This document shows, in pieces, positions 25,691 to 39,045 of a stretch of 64,000 bases of DNA. The position numbers were made by a program, and so were the translations under genes. The notes beneath the pieces were generated by a model. The model searched no databases. It was not told where the DNA came from and was given only the letters and a program-made list of their open reading frames with translations. The first letter of the stretch is position 1. Each line of letters starts with the position of its first letter. Source of the DNA: Octopus vulgaris (Eukaryota); contig OX597831.1 in NCBI GenBank assembly GCA_951406725.2, positions 23,312,001-23,376,000 on the forward strand, read 5' to 3'.

Positions 25691-27783
25691 TAACCAGAAG
25701 ATAAAGGTTAGTACCTATGTTCTTTGTAGATCTTTGTCCCAAACTGGGGAAGCTGATATGGCCAATATTCAGTTTAAACATCTTCTATCAATGTACAAAG
25801 GAAAAAAAAAAAACATGCGTAGAGAGCAGGAGCATATATTCCGGGTGTCCTAGGTGTGTGCTGCACACCCATCGAAAATAGCAAATTCATTATAAATATT
25901 AACCTTACTCATTAATTCAATCACAAATCTTAATGGAAAACTTTTGTTATACCCCTGTTTGAAATTTGGTGGCACTGGGTGTGGCAGCAGACCCAATACA
26001 GCAACCAGCTTATGCCACAGGTAGAGAGAAAACTGGGAATCCTGATCTAAAACTTTACAACAGGGAATTCCTCTAAAGGTACCAAAGGACCAGGTGGTAG
26101 GGATAAACTGAATTATTATTTAGACCAGTGGTTCTTAACCATTTTTTGCCCATGGTGGGCAAAAGTAATTCAGCAGCCAGGTGTACCCCATGGTCCTCAA
26201 CCATTTTTTATCAATGAACCTCTTTGATTCCTGTTTTGTTCTACTGGACCTCCATACCTGTTCACTGTATATATAAAAAAAATTCTTACCATATCTTTAT
26301 TTTTTTGTTAGATGCCCAGGCCTATTCCCCATCTTTTTAGGAGGGGGTAGCCACAACAAGACACACACTAGGCATTTCATTCATTTCCCAGCTCAAAGAG
26401 ACAATCCCTGTTCTAAGCTCAGGTCAAGGCATAGAACACAACCCCCAATGTCAGAAGCGGGGTCCGACAGAATATGCTGGTTTACCCCCACTGCATCATT
26501 CTGGTTCCATGCCCCTTTGAGCAACATCAAATTCACTCATCCATCTTTATTCAGACGTATGCATGTGCATGCACACATACACTCACACGCATCATCATCA
26601 TCATCATCGTTTTTGCATCCACTTTTTCATGCTTGCATGGTTCAGACGGAATTTAACAGGGAAGATTTTCTACAGCTGGATGCCCTTCCTGTCACCAACC
26701 CTCACCAGTTTCCAAACAAGGTAATATTTTTCCATAGCCAGACATGGAAATGAGTGACAGACAAATGTATGACAATAACAATCCTTTTACAACTGCCATG
26801 CAATGTCAAGAGGGGATGCAAAGATACACACACACATATTTATGATGGGCTTCTTTCAGTTTCCATGTAGCAAATCCATTCCAAGGCTTTGGTTAGCTCA
26901 GGGCTTTAGAAGAAAAGACACATGCCAAAGATGCCCACCTGTGGGACTGAACTAGAAACCATGTAGTTGATAAGCAAACTCTTTTACCACACAGCCACAC
27001 CTGCAATAAAACACATTAGCATAAAACAAATACCAGTCATGCACCAAGGACAATTTAATTGATATACCCACCACCACCACCACCACCACCAAAGTCCCCA
27101 CCACCAAAACCACCACCACCACCCTCACCACAACCAAAACCACCACCACCACCACCAAAACCACCAAGTTTCTAGCCTTACACGAGGGTCTGGAATGACC
27201 ATTGGTGACCTTAGTGTAACCATCTAGGACTGTTGGGTTCTTCGATTGGTCCTATTTGGCTCTCTCCTTATTGGAATGTAATATTTCAATTTTATTTTCC
27301 TTTTACTAAATTTGCTTCTGAAATCTTTTTTTTTATCTCCCACTTGATTCCACATAAACCTTCACCATTTGCATAATTTGTTCTTGTAAGTAATGTTTCT
27401 CTCATTTATCACCCTTCTGACAAATAAAGAACATGTTATTTTTATTCATTCTATTTTCTCATCATAGAGAGAGAGACAGACAGACAATTGATGTTAGACA
27501 GATAGAAATATTGTGCCCGATTCTAAATCCTCAGATTAGAGATTATAGCCGTATTCTTCAAAAGGTTTAGCGATAGCATCAGAAAGGATACACAGAAGAT
27601 ATTCCACCTTGTTTCTGTTGTGTGGGAATATGATTGAGAGATTAGGAACAAGAACACACAAAAAAAATAAGAAAAAGATATGATTGACTGATTGATTAGC
27701 TTAGGAACATTCACACGTTTATTTGTGCAGACACACATATGTGCATATAATTATATAAAGACAGAGATGCAAAGGAAAAAGAC

Positions 27784-27832
<49 letters not shown>

Positions 27833-27974
27833 TAGACACACAGGCATTGTGATACACAGACACAAATGCACACGCGTAAAGAGAAACAAGTGCATTTGTA
27901 GACACATACAAAAATAGATTCTCAGGTACACGTGGATAAGAACAAAATTCACATTCACTGACAGAAAACACTCG

Positions 27975-28556
27975 CGTGGGAGCAGGCTTGGCTGCGTGGT
28001 AAGAAGCTTGCTTCTCTACCACATATGGTCCTGGGTTCAGTCCCACTGTATGGCACCTTGAGTGAGTGTCTTTTATTATAGCTTCAGGCTGACTGAAGGC
28101 TTGTGAGTGGATTTGGTAGATGGAAACTGAAAGAAGCCCATCATGAGTATATATATATATATATATACACACACACATACACTCACACACATGCACATAT
28201 ATACACAAACATGCATACTCATGCGCACAAACACACACATCCACTCACAATCCACTCACACACACACACATATACATGCATACATATATATGTGTGTATG
28301 TGTATGTGTCTTTGTGCCTGTGTTTATCCCTCATCACTGCTTGACAACTCGTGTTGGTGTGTTTATGTCCCTGTAACTTAGCAGTTCAGCAAAAGATAGC
28401 AATAGAATAAGTACCAGGCTTTAAAAAAACAACAAAAAAAAAAAAAAAAAAAAAAAACAAGTACTGGAGTTGATTCATTTTGACTAAAAATTCCTCGAGG
28501 TGGTGGTGCCCCAGCATGGCCACAGTTTAATAAGTGATAAAAATAAAAAGATGAAA
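27975..28556 (+). mobile_element. SINE family A with expanded internal microsatellite
   Basis: Head, CORE-like segment and tail all match family A. Confidence 0.8.
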
Positions 28557-29915
28557 GAAAGATAAGATGCATAAACTCACATTTGCACATTCATGCACAA
28601 ACACATATGCAGAAATACACAATTATGCATTATTCTGACAGACAAAGAAGAAAAAAAGTGACTGACCCACTAAAGAGGAAAGAGATGGAGAGGCATGGCT
28701 AAGCAAACAGATGCATATGTTAACAGACTTTGTTGAGATTGCTTCAATTAGAAAGTGTTTGGTGTAAAAACCAAGGAAATAATTGAAACACAAAGAGATA
28801 ATAACTTATTAAATAGGTAATAATACCTTTGTGTACCTTTATTCTTGGATAGCACGTATATGCATCCTTGTATGTTCACACATAAGTGGAATGTATTGAT
28901 AGGGCAAACATTACTTGCTAATGCACTCAGTGCACACCTAATGTGAATACACTTGCTTATGTAAATATTGACAAAGATGCACATATAAATATGGAATGAG
29001 GGTGGTCACTCAGGTGGTCACTCACCTTGCTAAAGATAGCAGCAAAGTCTCTGAAAGATGTGAAGCAGCAATTACAACAATTAAAATCAATTTGGAACCA
29101 GAAGATAATTCTTTTGACTCAAGCAATGAATCCAACCCCAAAGTATTACTGGTACTTATTCTAAACTTAAGTTATGAAAAGGCAATGTTACAATTCAAAT
29201 TCTTAACACAAAAGAGAAAATCTAAAAGTGATGCATTTTAGCTTAGTATTTGTATCTATGACTAAAATTGGCCAAAATCCATTCCTAATATTGGTATACT
29301 GATACAAATTTTTGGTATGGGATCAATCAATTTAGTAAAGCCCGATATTTGTGTTGTTTCCTCTGTTTAACTCATGAATTATCATCATCATCATCATCAT
29401 CCAGTGTTTTAAATCCAGGTTTTGTCCCCATTTATGAGGGAGGCTGGATCTACCTCAATGCCTTAGCAACTGAAGTAAACAGTTGCAGCCCACCCCAAAC
29501 TTTGGGCTGGCTGGTGTCCATTCTCCTTTGCTACCATGAGGCTTTTTTTTTTTAGCTGGATTTTCTACGGAGAGCATGCTTTTGCTTACCCCCAATCTCA
29601 GTTACTAGACACTAGTGATCCCGAGAGCAAGGCCTCTACCACGATTTTTAAGAAAAGTGGTAGAAAACTAGCTCAGGAATATGGAAGAATAAAGTTATCT
29701 TTGAATAGTTTTGAAATTAGCAAGTAAAGAACTGTGTCTAAATGCCAACCCATTCTGTCAATTGTTTTACTAATTCTATCAAATACTGATTTCTAAGAAA
29801 GGCAGAGAGGTTTTCATTATAACTTTAAGTAGTCAGATTGCTCTGTCAAATATAACGCTTAATTGCTAACAATGTTTTGAATACATCATGCATAAGTGCA
29901 GAACTTCAATATGTC

Positions 29916-30272
29916 TTTCTACTCTAAGCACAAGGCCCGACATTGGATCAGCCCTAGTACATAACTGGTACTTAATTTATCAACCCTGAAAGGATGAAAG
30001 GTAAAGTCAACCTCGGTGGAATTTGAACTCAGAATGTAAAAACAGATGAAGAATATTCTTTTCAACTCTAGGTACAAGGCTTGAAATTTTGGGGAAGGGG
30101 GCCAGTCAATTGGATCGACCCCAGTATGCAACTGGTGCTTAATTTATCAACCTCAAATGGATGAAAGGCAAAGTTGACCTTGGCGGAATTTGAACTCAGA
30201 ACATAAAGACCAACGAAATACTGCTAAGCATTTCGCCCGGCGTGCTAACGTTTCTGCCAGCTCGCCGCCTTA
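29916..30272 (-). mobile_element. SINE B dimer (one head, two bodies)
   Basis: Head at 30215-30272, junction at about 30050. An opposite-strand diverged copy lies at about 30340-30502. Confidence 0.8.
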
Positions 30273-31344
30273 TAGCTTCAATATATCAATGCTGGATGGC
30301 AGTGATCTGATTGAGTTATTAGCATGCAGGGCATAATGCTTAATGGTATTTATCTCTTTACATACTAAGTTCAAATTCTGCTAAGTTTGACTTTGCCTTC
30401 CATCCTTTTGGTGTCAATAAAATAAGTACCAGTTGAACACTGGGGTCAATATAATCGACTCTCTGCCCCTAAATTGCTAGCCATGTGCCAAAATTTGAAA
30501 CCAGGATTTCAATGATGTGATTGTTTATTTTTAAAATGACATTGTAGGTTAGGTGCAAAAGGCCAGATCTAGCTGGTAAGAACATAAAATAATGAAGATA
30601 TTTGGGCTGGATATGGCAGGTTTAAATGCTAGGGATGAGCAAATGTTAAGTATATCAATTCAAGGTCTCGACTAGTGCATGTTTTATCAACCCTAAAAAT
30701 CTAAAAGACAACAGGGACCCAAACGGGATTTGAGCTAAGAACTTTATTACTTCTAAATAAATACCACAACCATTGTTGATGCTTTGTTAATTCAACACAT
30801 TTGAATAAAACTAGACGCTTAGAAAAGCAAAACTCTGTTAATAGTTGTGTACAAATTAACCTCTTTCATGACATACATACATAATGAAATTAATAAACTT
30901 TTTCTATAAAATAATGAAAGACATAAATTTAAATTACAATTCCACTTGAATTAACATAATTGTCGTTATTTCTGTACTCACATTAATGACTTTTTGCACG
31001 ATGAAAAAAATGAAAAAAATACACCCAAAAGAGACAGTTAAAAATAATTCATTAAACTCAAGTAAATAATAACCAAATGAAATTTCGCTGTTATCTGTAT
31101 GATAATGATATAAATATTTTGAAGTAATATTTAATTTAAATAATCAATGTTCTTTTGAGAGGTGGAGGTTAATTCGTATGAAGCACAGTTCTATTGTAAA
31201 TTGTATATGACGTTTGAGGATTCTTCTATTATCATCTTTGATATCACTGCTTTGTAGTATTACAGCTACTGTTCCTAGTATATTGTCTTTCACCATAACT
31301 TTCTCTCACTCTTTCTTCCTGTTTCTGTTGTACTTGCATTTCAA

Positions 31345-31640
31345 AAAGGGCCAGCCTTGTCACACTCTGTGTCACGCTGAATCTCCTCGAGAACTACATT
31401 AAGGATACACGTGTCTGTGGAGTGCTCAGCCACTTGCATGTTAATAAATGAGCTGCGACATCACAGGTACCAAGCTGTATCGGCCTTTGCCTTTCCCTTG
31501 GATAACATCGGTGGCATGGAGAGGGGAGGCCAGTATGCACAGGCGATTGCTGGTCTTCCACAAACAACCTTGTCCAGACTTGTGCCTCAGAGGGTAACTT
31601 TCTAGGTGCAATCCCATGGTCATTCATGACCCAAGGGTCA
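31345..31640. repeat. Unclassified GC-richer interspersed repeat, possibly a SINE body/tail
   Basis: Sharp composition change and SINE-like motifs (gtggagtgctcagccacttgcatgttaa). Single copy in this window, so family assignment is uncertain. Confidence 0.35.
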
Positions 31641-33169
31641 CAAATGTCTTACAACATTGTACCTTTTACCATGATATCTAACTTCAAATGCCCCAGTCTA
31701 CTTGGCAGTCAAACAAAAGAATAGGACAACAACAGGGGAGCTATTATGCAGCAGCTTGACCAATTAGAAATAGTAGCCAGCTCTTCCTCAATTAGACCCT
31801 GATATCTTAAAAAGGGAAGAACATGTGAAATACTGTAGTTTTAGATATCCCTAAAGAGACAGGACAGCTATGGGTCTATTTAATTATGGTTGACCTGGAG
31901 CTAAACAATGATAACAGCAACTAGGGGAATATTATGTTGGCAAACAATCTTTACTACAAGACATTTGTACTACAGAGCCAGAGGCGGTTTCATCTTGGTT
32001 GGTATCAAAAGGGTTAAGTAGTGGGTAAAATGACATGCTGAGTTCAAGTTTCCCTTGGGAACTTGAAGTATACAACTGTTTCATTCTCCGGCCAGTGAAG
32101 TAGCCTGTATGTTTCGATTAGACATGCTAAAAAGAATAACCGAATTACACTCAATTCACATCCAAATATACTAAAACAGAACACAGCAGATAACCTTTGA
32201 ACATTGGTAATTTGGGTTTGGGAAGGCAAGAGGTTAAACAACTGCAAAACACTAAGCCAACGGGGGAACATTGTTGATTTGGAGGTGCTACTGTTTGATC
32301 TGTTAGAAATAGCAGCTAAATTTTTCTCAGATCCAGTAAAGGATACATAAAATAATGTAATTTGAGATAGATTAGTCGAGAAAAAAAATGGCTGGATTGG
32401 TTAAAGATGGTACACCTTCGATCATGTCTTACTGTACCAGGGCTTATATCTACATAAGAAACAACCCCTAAAAGCTGATGAGAGAGCATATTTATAGACC
32501 CTTAACCTGGAAGAAGAAGCAAATAAATCACCTGCAAGTTGTGCCCTATATTTATAAAAATAAAAAAAAAGAAGGGCACATTTAATAATGCATTCTAGAA
32601 CAATAATGTTTGAAAAAAATGATTGGTCATAAGTGGTCATTATTGGAAAGTCTTTGATCATGAGATCTACTCAATCAAGTTTGACACGGGGCCAGACAAT
32701 ACCATTCATTCCACTTCATTCATTCCCAGAAAAAGATCCCAGAAATCTACAGAATCACCAAGTGTTTTCCTATTCTTCTTGTGACACACCATCAATAGAA
32801 TAAACCAACCATATAGCAAACAACATCAACAATAATGGCAATTATTTAATTTACCATTTGATCATTTGATATAGTCTGTCAGAAGATTTTCAAATAATTT
32901 TAGTCTCTTTCCGTATAATTTCGTTACGAGGCAAATTGCCAAAACAATCAATCTGAGCTGGCACAATCAGAACACCTCTTAGTCTTCTCCAAAGATTCTT
33001 CAATAGAAATTGGTGATGGCTGTTTGATTCTGGGACATAAACCACAGCAATTTAATTTACAATTCATAAACTAAACAGGCAAAATGCCTATTGATAATAG
33101 TTAAGGAATAAAACAATTTTTTTTGTTATCTCTTGGTTTATAATTCTCAGTTTTATTTTTTTTCTTTTA

Positions 33170-33577
33170 CTCTCTTTTTACTCTCTTTACTCTTTTACTT
33201 GTTTCAGTCATGTGACTGTGGCCATGCTGGAGCACCGCCTTTAGTCGAGCAAATCGACCCCAGGACTTATTCTTTGTAAGCCCAGTACTTATTCTACCGG
33301 TCTCTTTTGCCGAACCTTGCTAAGTTACGGGGACGTAAACACACCAGCATCGGTTGTCAAGTGATGTTGCAGGGACAAACACAGACACACAAACATATAC
33401 ACACACATACATATATACGACAGGCTTCTTTCAGTTTCTGTCTACCAAATCCACTCACAAAGCTTTCGTCGGCCCGAAGGCTATAGTAGAAAACACTTGC
33501 CCAGGGTGCCATGTAGTAGGACTGAACTCGGAACCATGTGGTTTGTAAGCAAGCTACTTACCACACAGCCACTCCTA
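33170..33577 (-). mobile_element. SINE family A, full length
   Basis: Reverse complement of the family A consensus with (tactcttt)n tail. Confidence 0.9.
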
Positions 33578-34056
33578 TGCCTTTTATAAAACATTTTTTT
33601 AATTTTTGATTATTTTCTGCCTATGTGTTGTTGTAACTGAACCTCAGGCTTGCCCTGACTGAGCATACCTATGAACAAAGGCATTCCAGGCATGACCACC
33701 TCAACCTTCGTCAGTTATTGCATAGCTAACAAAACTCGTTAATTCTTCGGCTTGAATAAGTTCCAATTTCATTATTATTGTTATTGTCTATGATGCTGCT
33801 GCTCCTTAGGGCCATCACAGGAACGGAACACTCTCAGGACGATTCTGTTGACTTTGCAGCACTTATTCATTATCGTGGCATAGTTGCGAACATGAGTTTT
33901 AATGCCCTTGTGTACAATAATAGGTCTTGAGTTTAACCGTAACACAAGCACATGAATACCGAAATTCTCTCAGTTTTCTGTTCAAATTTACAAACTAGAT
34001 TGACTATGCAAGTTCTCGTGCTCTTAGCCCTGGGAAATGACTCAATTTGTAATAAC

Positions 34057-35025
34057 TATTTCTTTACTACCCACAAGGGGCTAAACATAGAGGGGACAAA
34101 CAAGGACAGACAAATGGATTAAGTCGATTACATCGACCCCAATGCATAACTGGTACTTTATTTATCGACCCCAAAATGATGAAAGGCAAAGTCGACCTTG
34201 GCGGAATTTGAACTCAGAACGTAATGGCAGATGAAATACCTATTTCTTTACTACCCACAAGGGGCTAAACATAGAGGGGACAAACAAGGACAGACAAATG
34301 GATTAGGTCGATTACATCGACCTCAGTGCGTAACTGGTACTTTATTTATCGACCTCGAAAGGATGAAAGGCAAAGTCGACCTCGGCGGAATTTGAACTCA
34401 GAACGTAACGGCAGATGAAATACTTATTTCTTTACTACCCACAAGGGGCTAAACATAGAGGGGACAAACAAGGACAGACAAAGGGATTAAGTCAATTACA
34501 TCGACCCCAGTGCATAACTGGTACTTTATTTATCGCCCCTGAAAGGATGAAAGGCAAAGTTGACCTTGGTGGAATTTGAACTCAGAATGTAACAGCAGAC
34601 GAAATACTTATTTTTTTACTACCCACAAGGGGCTAAACATAGAGGGGACAAACAAGGACAGACAAAGGGATTAGGTCGATTACATCGATCCCAGTGTGTA
34701 ACTGGTACTTTATTTATCGACCCCAAAAGGATGAAAGACAAAGTCAACCTCGGCGGAATTTGAACTCAGAATGTAACGGCAGATGAAATACTTATTTCTT
34801 TACTACCCACAAGGGGCTACACATAGAGGGGACAAACAAGGACAGACAAATGGATTAAGTCGATCATATCGACCTCAGTGCGTAACTGGTACTTATCTAA
34901 TCGACCCCTAAAGAATGAAAGGCAAAGTCGACCTCAGTGGAATTTGAACTCAGAACGTAACGGCAGACGAAATACGACTATGCATTTCGCCCAGCATGCT
35001 AATGTTTCTGCCAGCTCACTGCCTT
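34057..35025 (-). repeat. SINE B pentamer: one head plus five ~183-bp bodies
   Basis: Unit starts at about 34057, 34240, 34423, 34607 and 34791; head at 34975-35025. Confidence 0.92.
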
Positions 35026-35027
35026 AA

Positions 35028-35425
35028 ACTCTTTTACTCTTTACTCTTTTACTTGTTTCAGTCATTTGACTGCAACCATGCTGGAGCACCGCCTTTAGTC
35101 GAGCAAATCGACCCCAGGACTTATTCTTTGTAAGCCCAGTACTTATTCTATCGGTCTCTTTTGCCGAACCGCTAAGTGACGGGGACGTAAACACACCAGC
35201 ATTGGTTGTCAAGCAATGCTAGGGGGACAAACACAGACACACACATATATATATATATACATATATACGACAGGCTTCTTTCAGTTTCCGTCTACCAAAT
35301 CCACTCACAAGGCATTAGTCGGCCCAGGGCAATAGCAGAAGACACTTGCCCAAGATGCCACGCAGTGGGACTGAACCCGGAACCATGTGGTTGGTTAGCA
35401 AGCTACTTACCACACAGCCACTCCG
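35028..35425 (-). mobile_element. SINE family A, full length, low divergence
   Basis: Nearly identical to the reverse complement of 39715-40124. Confidence 0.9.
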
Positions 35426-35863
35426 TAAATATTGACATAAAACAAGAGGTAGTTGAGGCTTGGCTCATGTTTAATATCATTATGATGTGTCAATTTTATT
35501 TTAGGTTCCGCCTATGTCATAATCCACATTTGTATTGAGATTAGTTACTTAACCCCTAAAATTGTAGAATCAGTACTAAGATTATATACTCTCGTGTAAA
35601 GTATTTGGAACAAAGGCAAAGTTGGCCTTCATGGAATTTCAATGATTAAAGACTTTGAACTGTGACAATTCCATCATAATTTCAGACAGTCTATCTAGGA
35701 CTACATTATCTAATGTTCCCTATCTTATTACTCAACCCGAATTCAATCGGTCTTAATCCATAATTAAAGACAGTTTATCCACAACTAACTCATCTTTTAA
35801 TTTTAGACAGTATATAAGGAATTACATTATCCATTGTGCACCTCCATTTTCAAGACAATGTGT

Positions 35864-36057
35864 CGGGCGTCAACGAAGAGCCCTCGACTACAACAAGACG
35901 ACCAAAGTTTTTTTTTTCCTAAGGTCTAGGGTCTCCCGCCACTACAAGACGACCAAAGTTTTTTTTTTCCAAGGTCTTGGGTCTCCCACCCCTAAGCCCT
36001 AGACTATCACCTAATCACCCTTACCCATCTTGTTGCTTAACAACAACAACAAAAAAG
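35864..36057 (+). mobile_element. 5'-truncated retroposon 3' end with 12-bp TSD
   Basis: AAGACAATGTGT at 35852-35863 and 36058-36069. (AAC)n/A-rich tail and an internal ~50-bp tandem duplication. Confidence 0.75.
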
Positions 36058-36723
36058 AAGACAATGTGTAATTTGCAAACTATTTGGTAGCTATTCTTTA
36101 GGGGTCAAGTTGTCCAATATAAAGTCTCCATTTTCGTTCGTTATCGTATTGTTTCTTGACCAGTTCAGTTTGATAATCTCTGCTTGTTTCTTTAAGTTGA
36201 AGATTCTGTGCCTTTCGACGCATTTGAAATGATGATTGTTCCATTGGAGATAACAATATAACGATAATTAGGAAGAGCATCTTTGAAAGCCCTGTTCTGT
36301 TTGGAAGCCTCCGTAACACAGCTCCATCTCAAAGACAACTGATTGAAGACGTACAATGATTCAAAGCAATAGCAAAGCACATAAAAAACTTCTAAGAGAG
36401 AAAGAAAGAGGGGAACCAAAGCCAAAGAAATCAAGATCGTTTGATATATCTTCATATTGATTCTCATCCACTCAAGCATATTATCCCCAACCTACTCCGA
36501 TCAAGCTAAATTTTCATGTAATAATTGCGGGGGGGAAGAAAAAAAAACAAACAAAACCGAACATCTTTTTTTTTTTTTATTATTAATGACTGACAGGCAA
36601 TAAAAATTATTCCCTGGCCAAAAATATTTTTAATCACAAACGAAATTGATGAATTTTTCTTTCCCAATCCAAAGCAATCCAATCTAATGCAATCCAATCA
36701 TAAAGGATCTCATATTTTTCTTA

Positions 36724-37172
36724 CCCTCCTCCTTCTTCTTCTTCTTCTTCTTCTTCTTCTTCTTCTTCTTCTTCTTCTTCTTCTTCTTCTTCTTCTTCCT
36801 CCTCCTCCTCCTCTCCTTCTCCTTTTTCTTCTTCTTCTTCTTCTTCTCCTTCTTCTCCTTCTTTCTTCTTCTTCTTCTTCTTCTTCTTCTTCTTCTTCAT
36901 TTTCCGCCTCTTCTTCTCCTTTTACTTCTTTTTCTTCTTCTTCTTCTTCTACTTCTTCTTCTTCTCCTCCCCCTTCTCCTTCTTCTTCTTCTTCTTCTTC
37001 TTCTTCTTCTTCTTCTTCTCCTTCTTCTTCTTCTCCTCTTTTTACTTCTTCTCCTCATCCTTCTTTTTCTTCTTCTCCTTCTTCTTCTTCCTTCTTCTTC
37101 TTCTTCTTCTTCTTCTTCTCTTTCATCTTCCCTTTCTTCTACTTCTTCTTCTCCACCTCCTCCTCCTCCTTC
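36724..37172. repeat. (CTT)n polypyrimidine tract
   Basis: Direct inspection. Confidence 0.95.
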
Positions 37173-37394
37173 ATATTGTAGTGATTCTTTTTAACAGCCT
37201 ATTGATTACCTCAGTCAATACTATTTGTTAAGCCAGCCATTATCTCCAATATGGTGAAAACCCATCTGAAAACTATTATGGTTATTAAACCGAAACGTAA
37301 CCACTTAAGAATGATCAGTAGAAGTTATTAGCATGATTAAAGATTTCTTGTAAACTTCCAATAACAAGAACGAGATTCTTTTTTTTAATAATAG

Positions 37395-38632
37395 ATTATG
37401 CAAGCATGTGTGTGTACACACATCTGTGTATATATACATTTATACATGTATCTACCAAGTATATTATATACAGCATACTTTGTAGTAATATGATGCATAA
37501 TAATACGCACGCATAACCCATACAAACCAAAGTACATACATAGTCAAATAGCACATATATATATATATATATATACGCATACATACATACATACATACAG
37601 ATATGCGGATATTTCTATATCCATGCATGTATATACATATACACACACAAACACAGATATACCCATATATAAGTATATATAAATATATACATGTACACAC
37701 ATGTATATTAAATACATATATATGTCTATAACTATATTTATATATATATATATACACACATGCAGATATTTATATATACACCCACACACACACATATATA
37801 TATATGCTCACACATACATATAGTTATGTTTTGTATAATATTATCCATATAAATAAACATCAGTTCTGCGAGTTATAATAAATATGTACATATTTACGTA
37901 CGATTACATAATATCAACATTAGCCTATTTATAACATAACCTTAATGCACTCAACACAGCATTAAAGTAAAAAAAAATGGCCAAATTGAAAGTATATAAA
38001 TATGAGTTGCTCTCTGTGTCTGAGTTTATTTGTGCCACTATTTTTTTAAAATATTTCTTGATATATATAAAGAGTGTAAGTAATGATATACAGTTGAACC
38101 TATGCATATATCTAATTAGATATGTATAGAAACATATTTATATACATGAGGATACGCATATGCATCTAGGTAAATATGCTTACACTTTCATACAGAGTTG
38201 TACCTGTCTACATATACTCCTCCGGCACACACGCACTACTACTGCATAAATACCTATCAAGATATATATACACACACACACATATGTAGATATATATATT
38301 TATTTATTTCTATGTATATTTATAAATATTGATATATACATTTATATATGTTTATATATGCATGTGTGTATGTGTATATATATATATATATATTTATAAG
38401 TATATATATATATTTATGTATATGTGTGTATATATATATGCATTTATATATATGTATATATAGGTATATATACACATATATATGTATATATGTTTACATA
38501 TATATATATATACATACACACACATACACAACATATATAGTTTACATATATATATATATATAGATATATATATATGTATATATGTTTACATATACATGTG
38601 TATGTTTGTATTTTTATATATATATATATATA
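37395..38632. repeat. (TA)n/(CA)n-derived low-complexity field
   Basis: Direct inspection. Similar fields at 7230-7960, 17455-17940, 40890-41096, 44505-44628, 45260-45770, 46350-47150, 52980-54160 and 56445-56610. Confidence 0.9.
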
Positions 38633-39035
38633 TCTTGAGAGAAAAGTTAAGCCTAAGAAGAATCAGATGTGCTGTGCAAGAGAGACGACTCTGTTGGCAT
38701 GGTCATGGGATGTGTATGAATGAGGATAGCTGTGTAAAGAAGTGCTGATCTCTAACTGTGGAGGGAACCTGTGGTAGAAGGTAGACCCATGAAGACATGG
38801 GACGAGGTAGTGAAGCATGATCTTTGAACTTTGAGCCTCAAAGAAGCAATGAATGGTGACCGATACCTTCACGGAGGCAAAGTGCCTGAATTCCTTTCAA
38901 GTATTGGGCTTCAAGGAGCCAAAGTGTCTGAGTTCCTTTTGAGTGATGGGCCTCACAGAGGCAGGCCTCACTGAGGCAATGACCAAGACCTTTGGCATTA
39001 TGTCAAGCTTGAGAAGAAGAACCATCAAGCCAAGC
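38633..39035 (+). mobile_element. RTE LINE ORF C-terminal fragment, decayed
   Basis: Translates LREKLSLRRIRCAVQERRLCWHGH...DSCVKKC*SLTVEGTCGR, which matches the RTE 'RLRWFGHV...GRP' C-terminus. Confidence 0.8.
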
Positions 39036-39045
39036 AAAATCCCAT

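Noticed and set aside
35446-35465. let-7-like GAGGTAGTTG
   Set aside because: Short partial match with no precursor hairpin.
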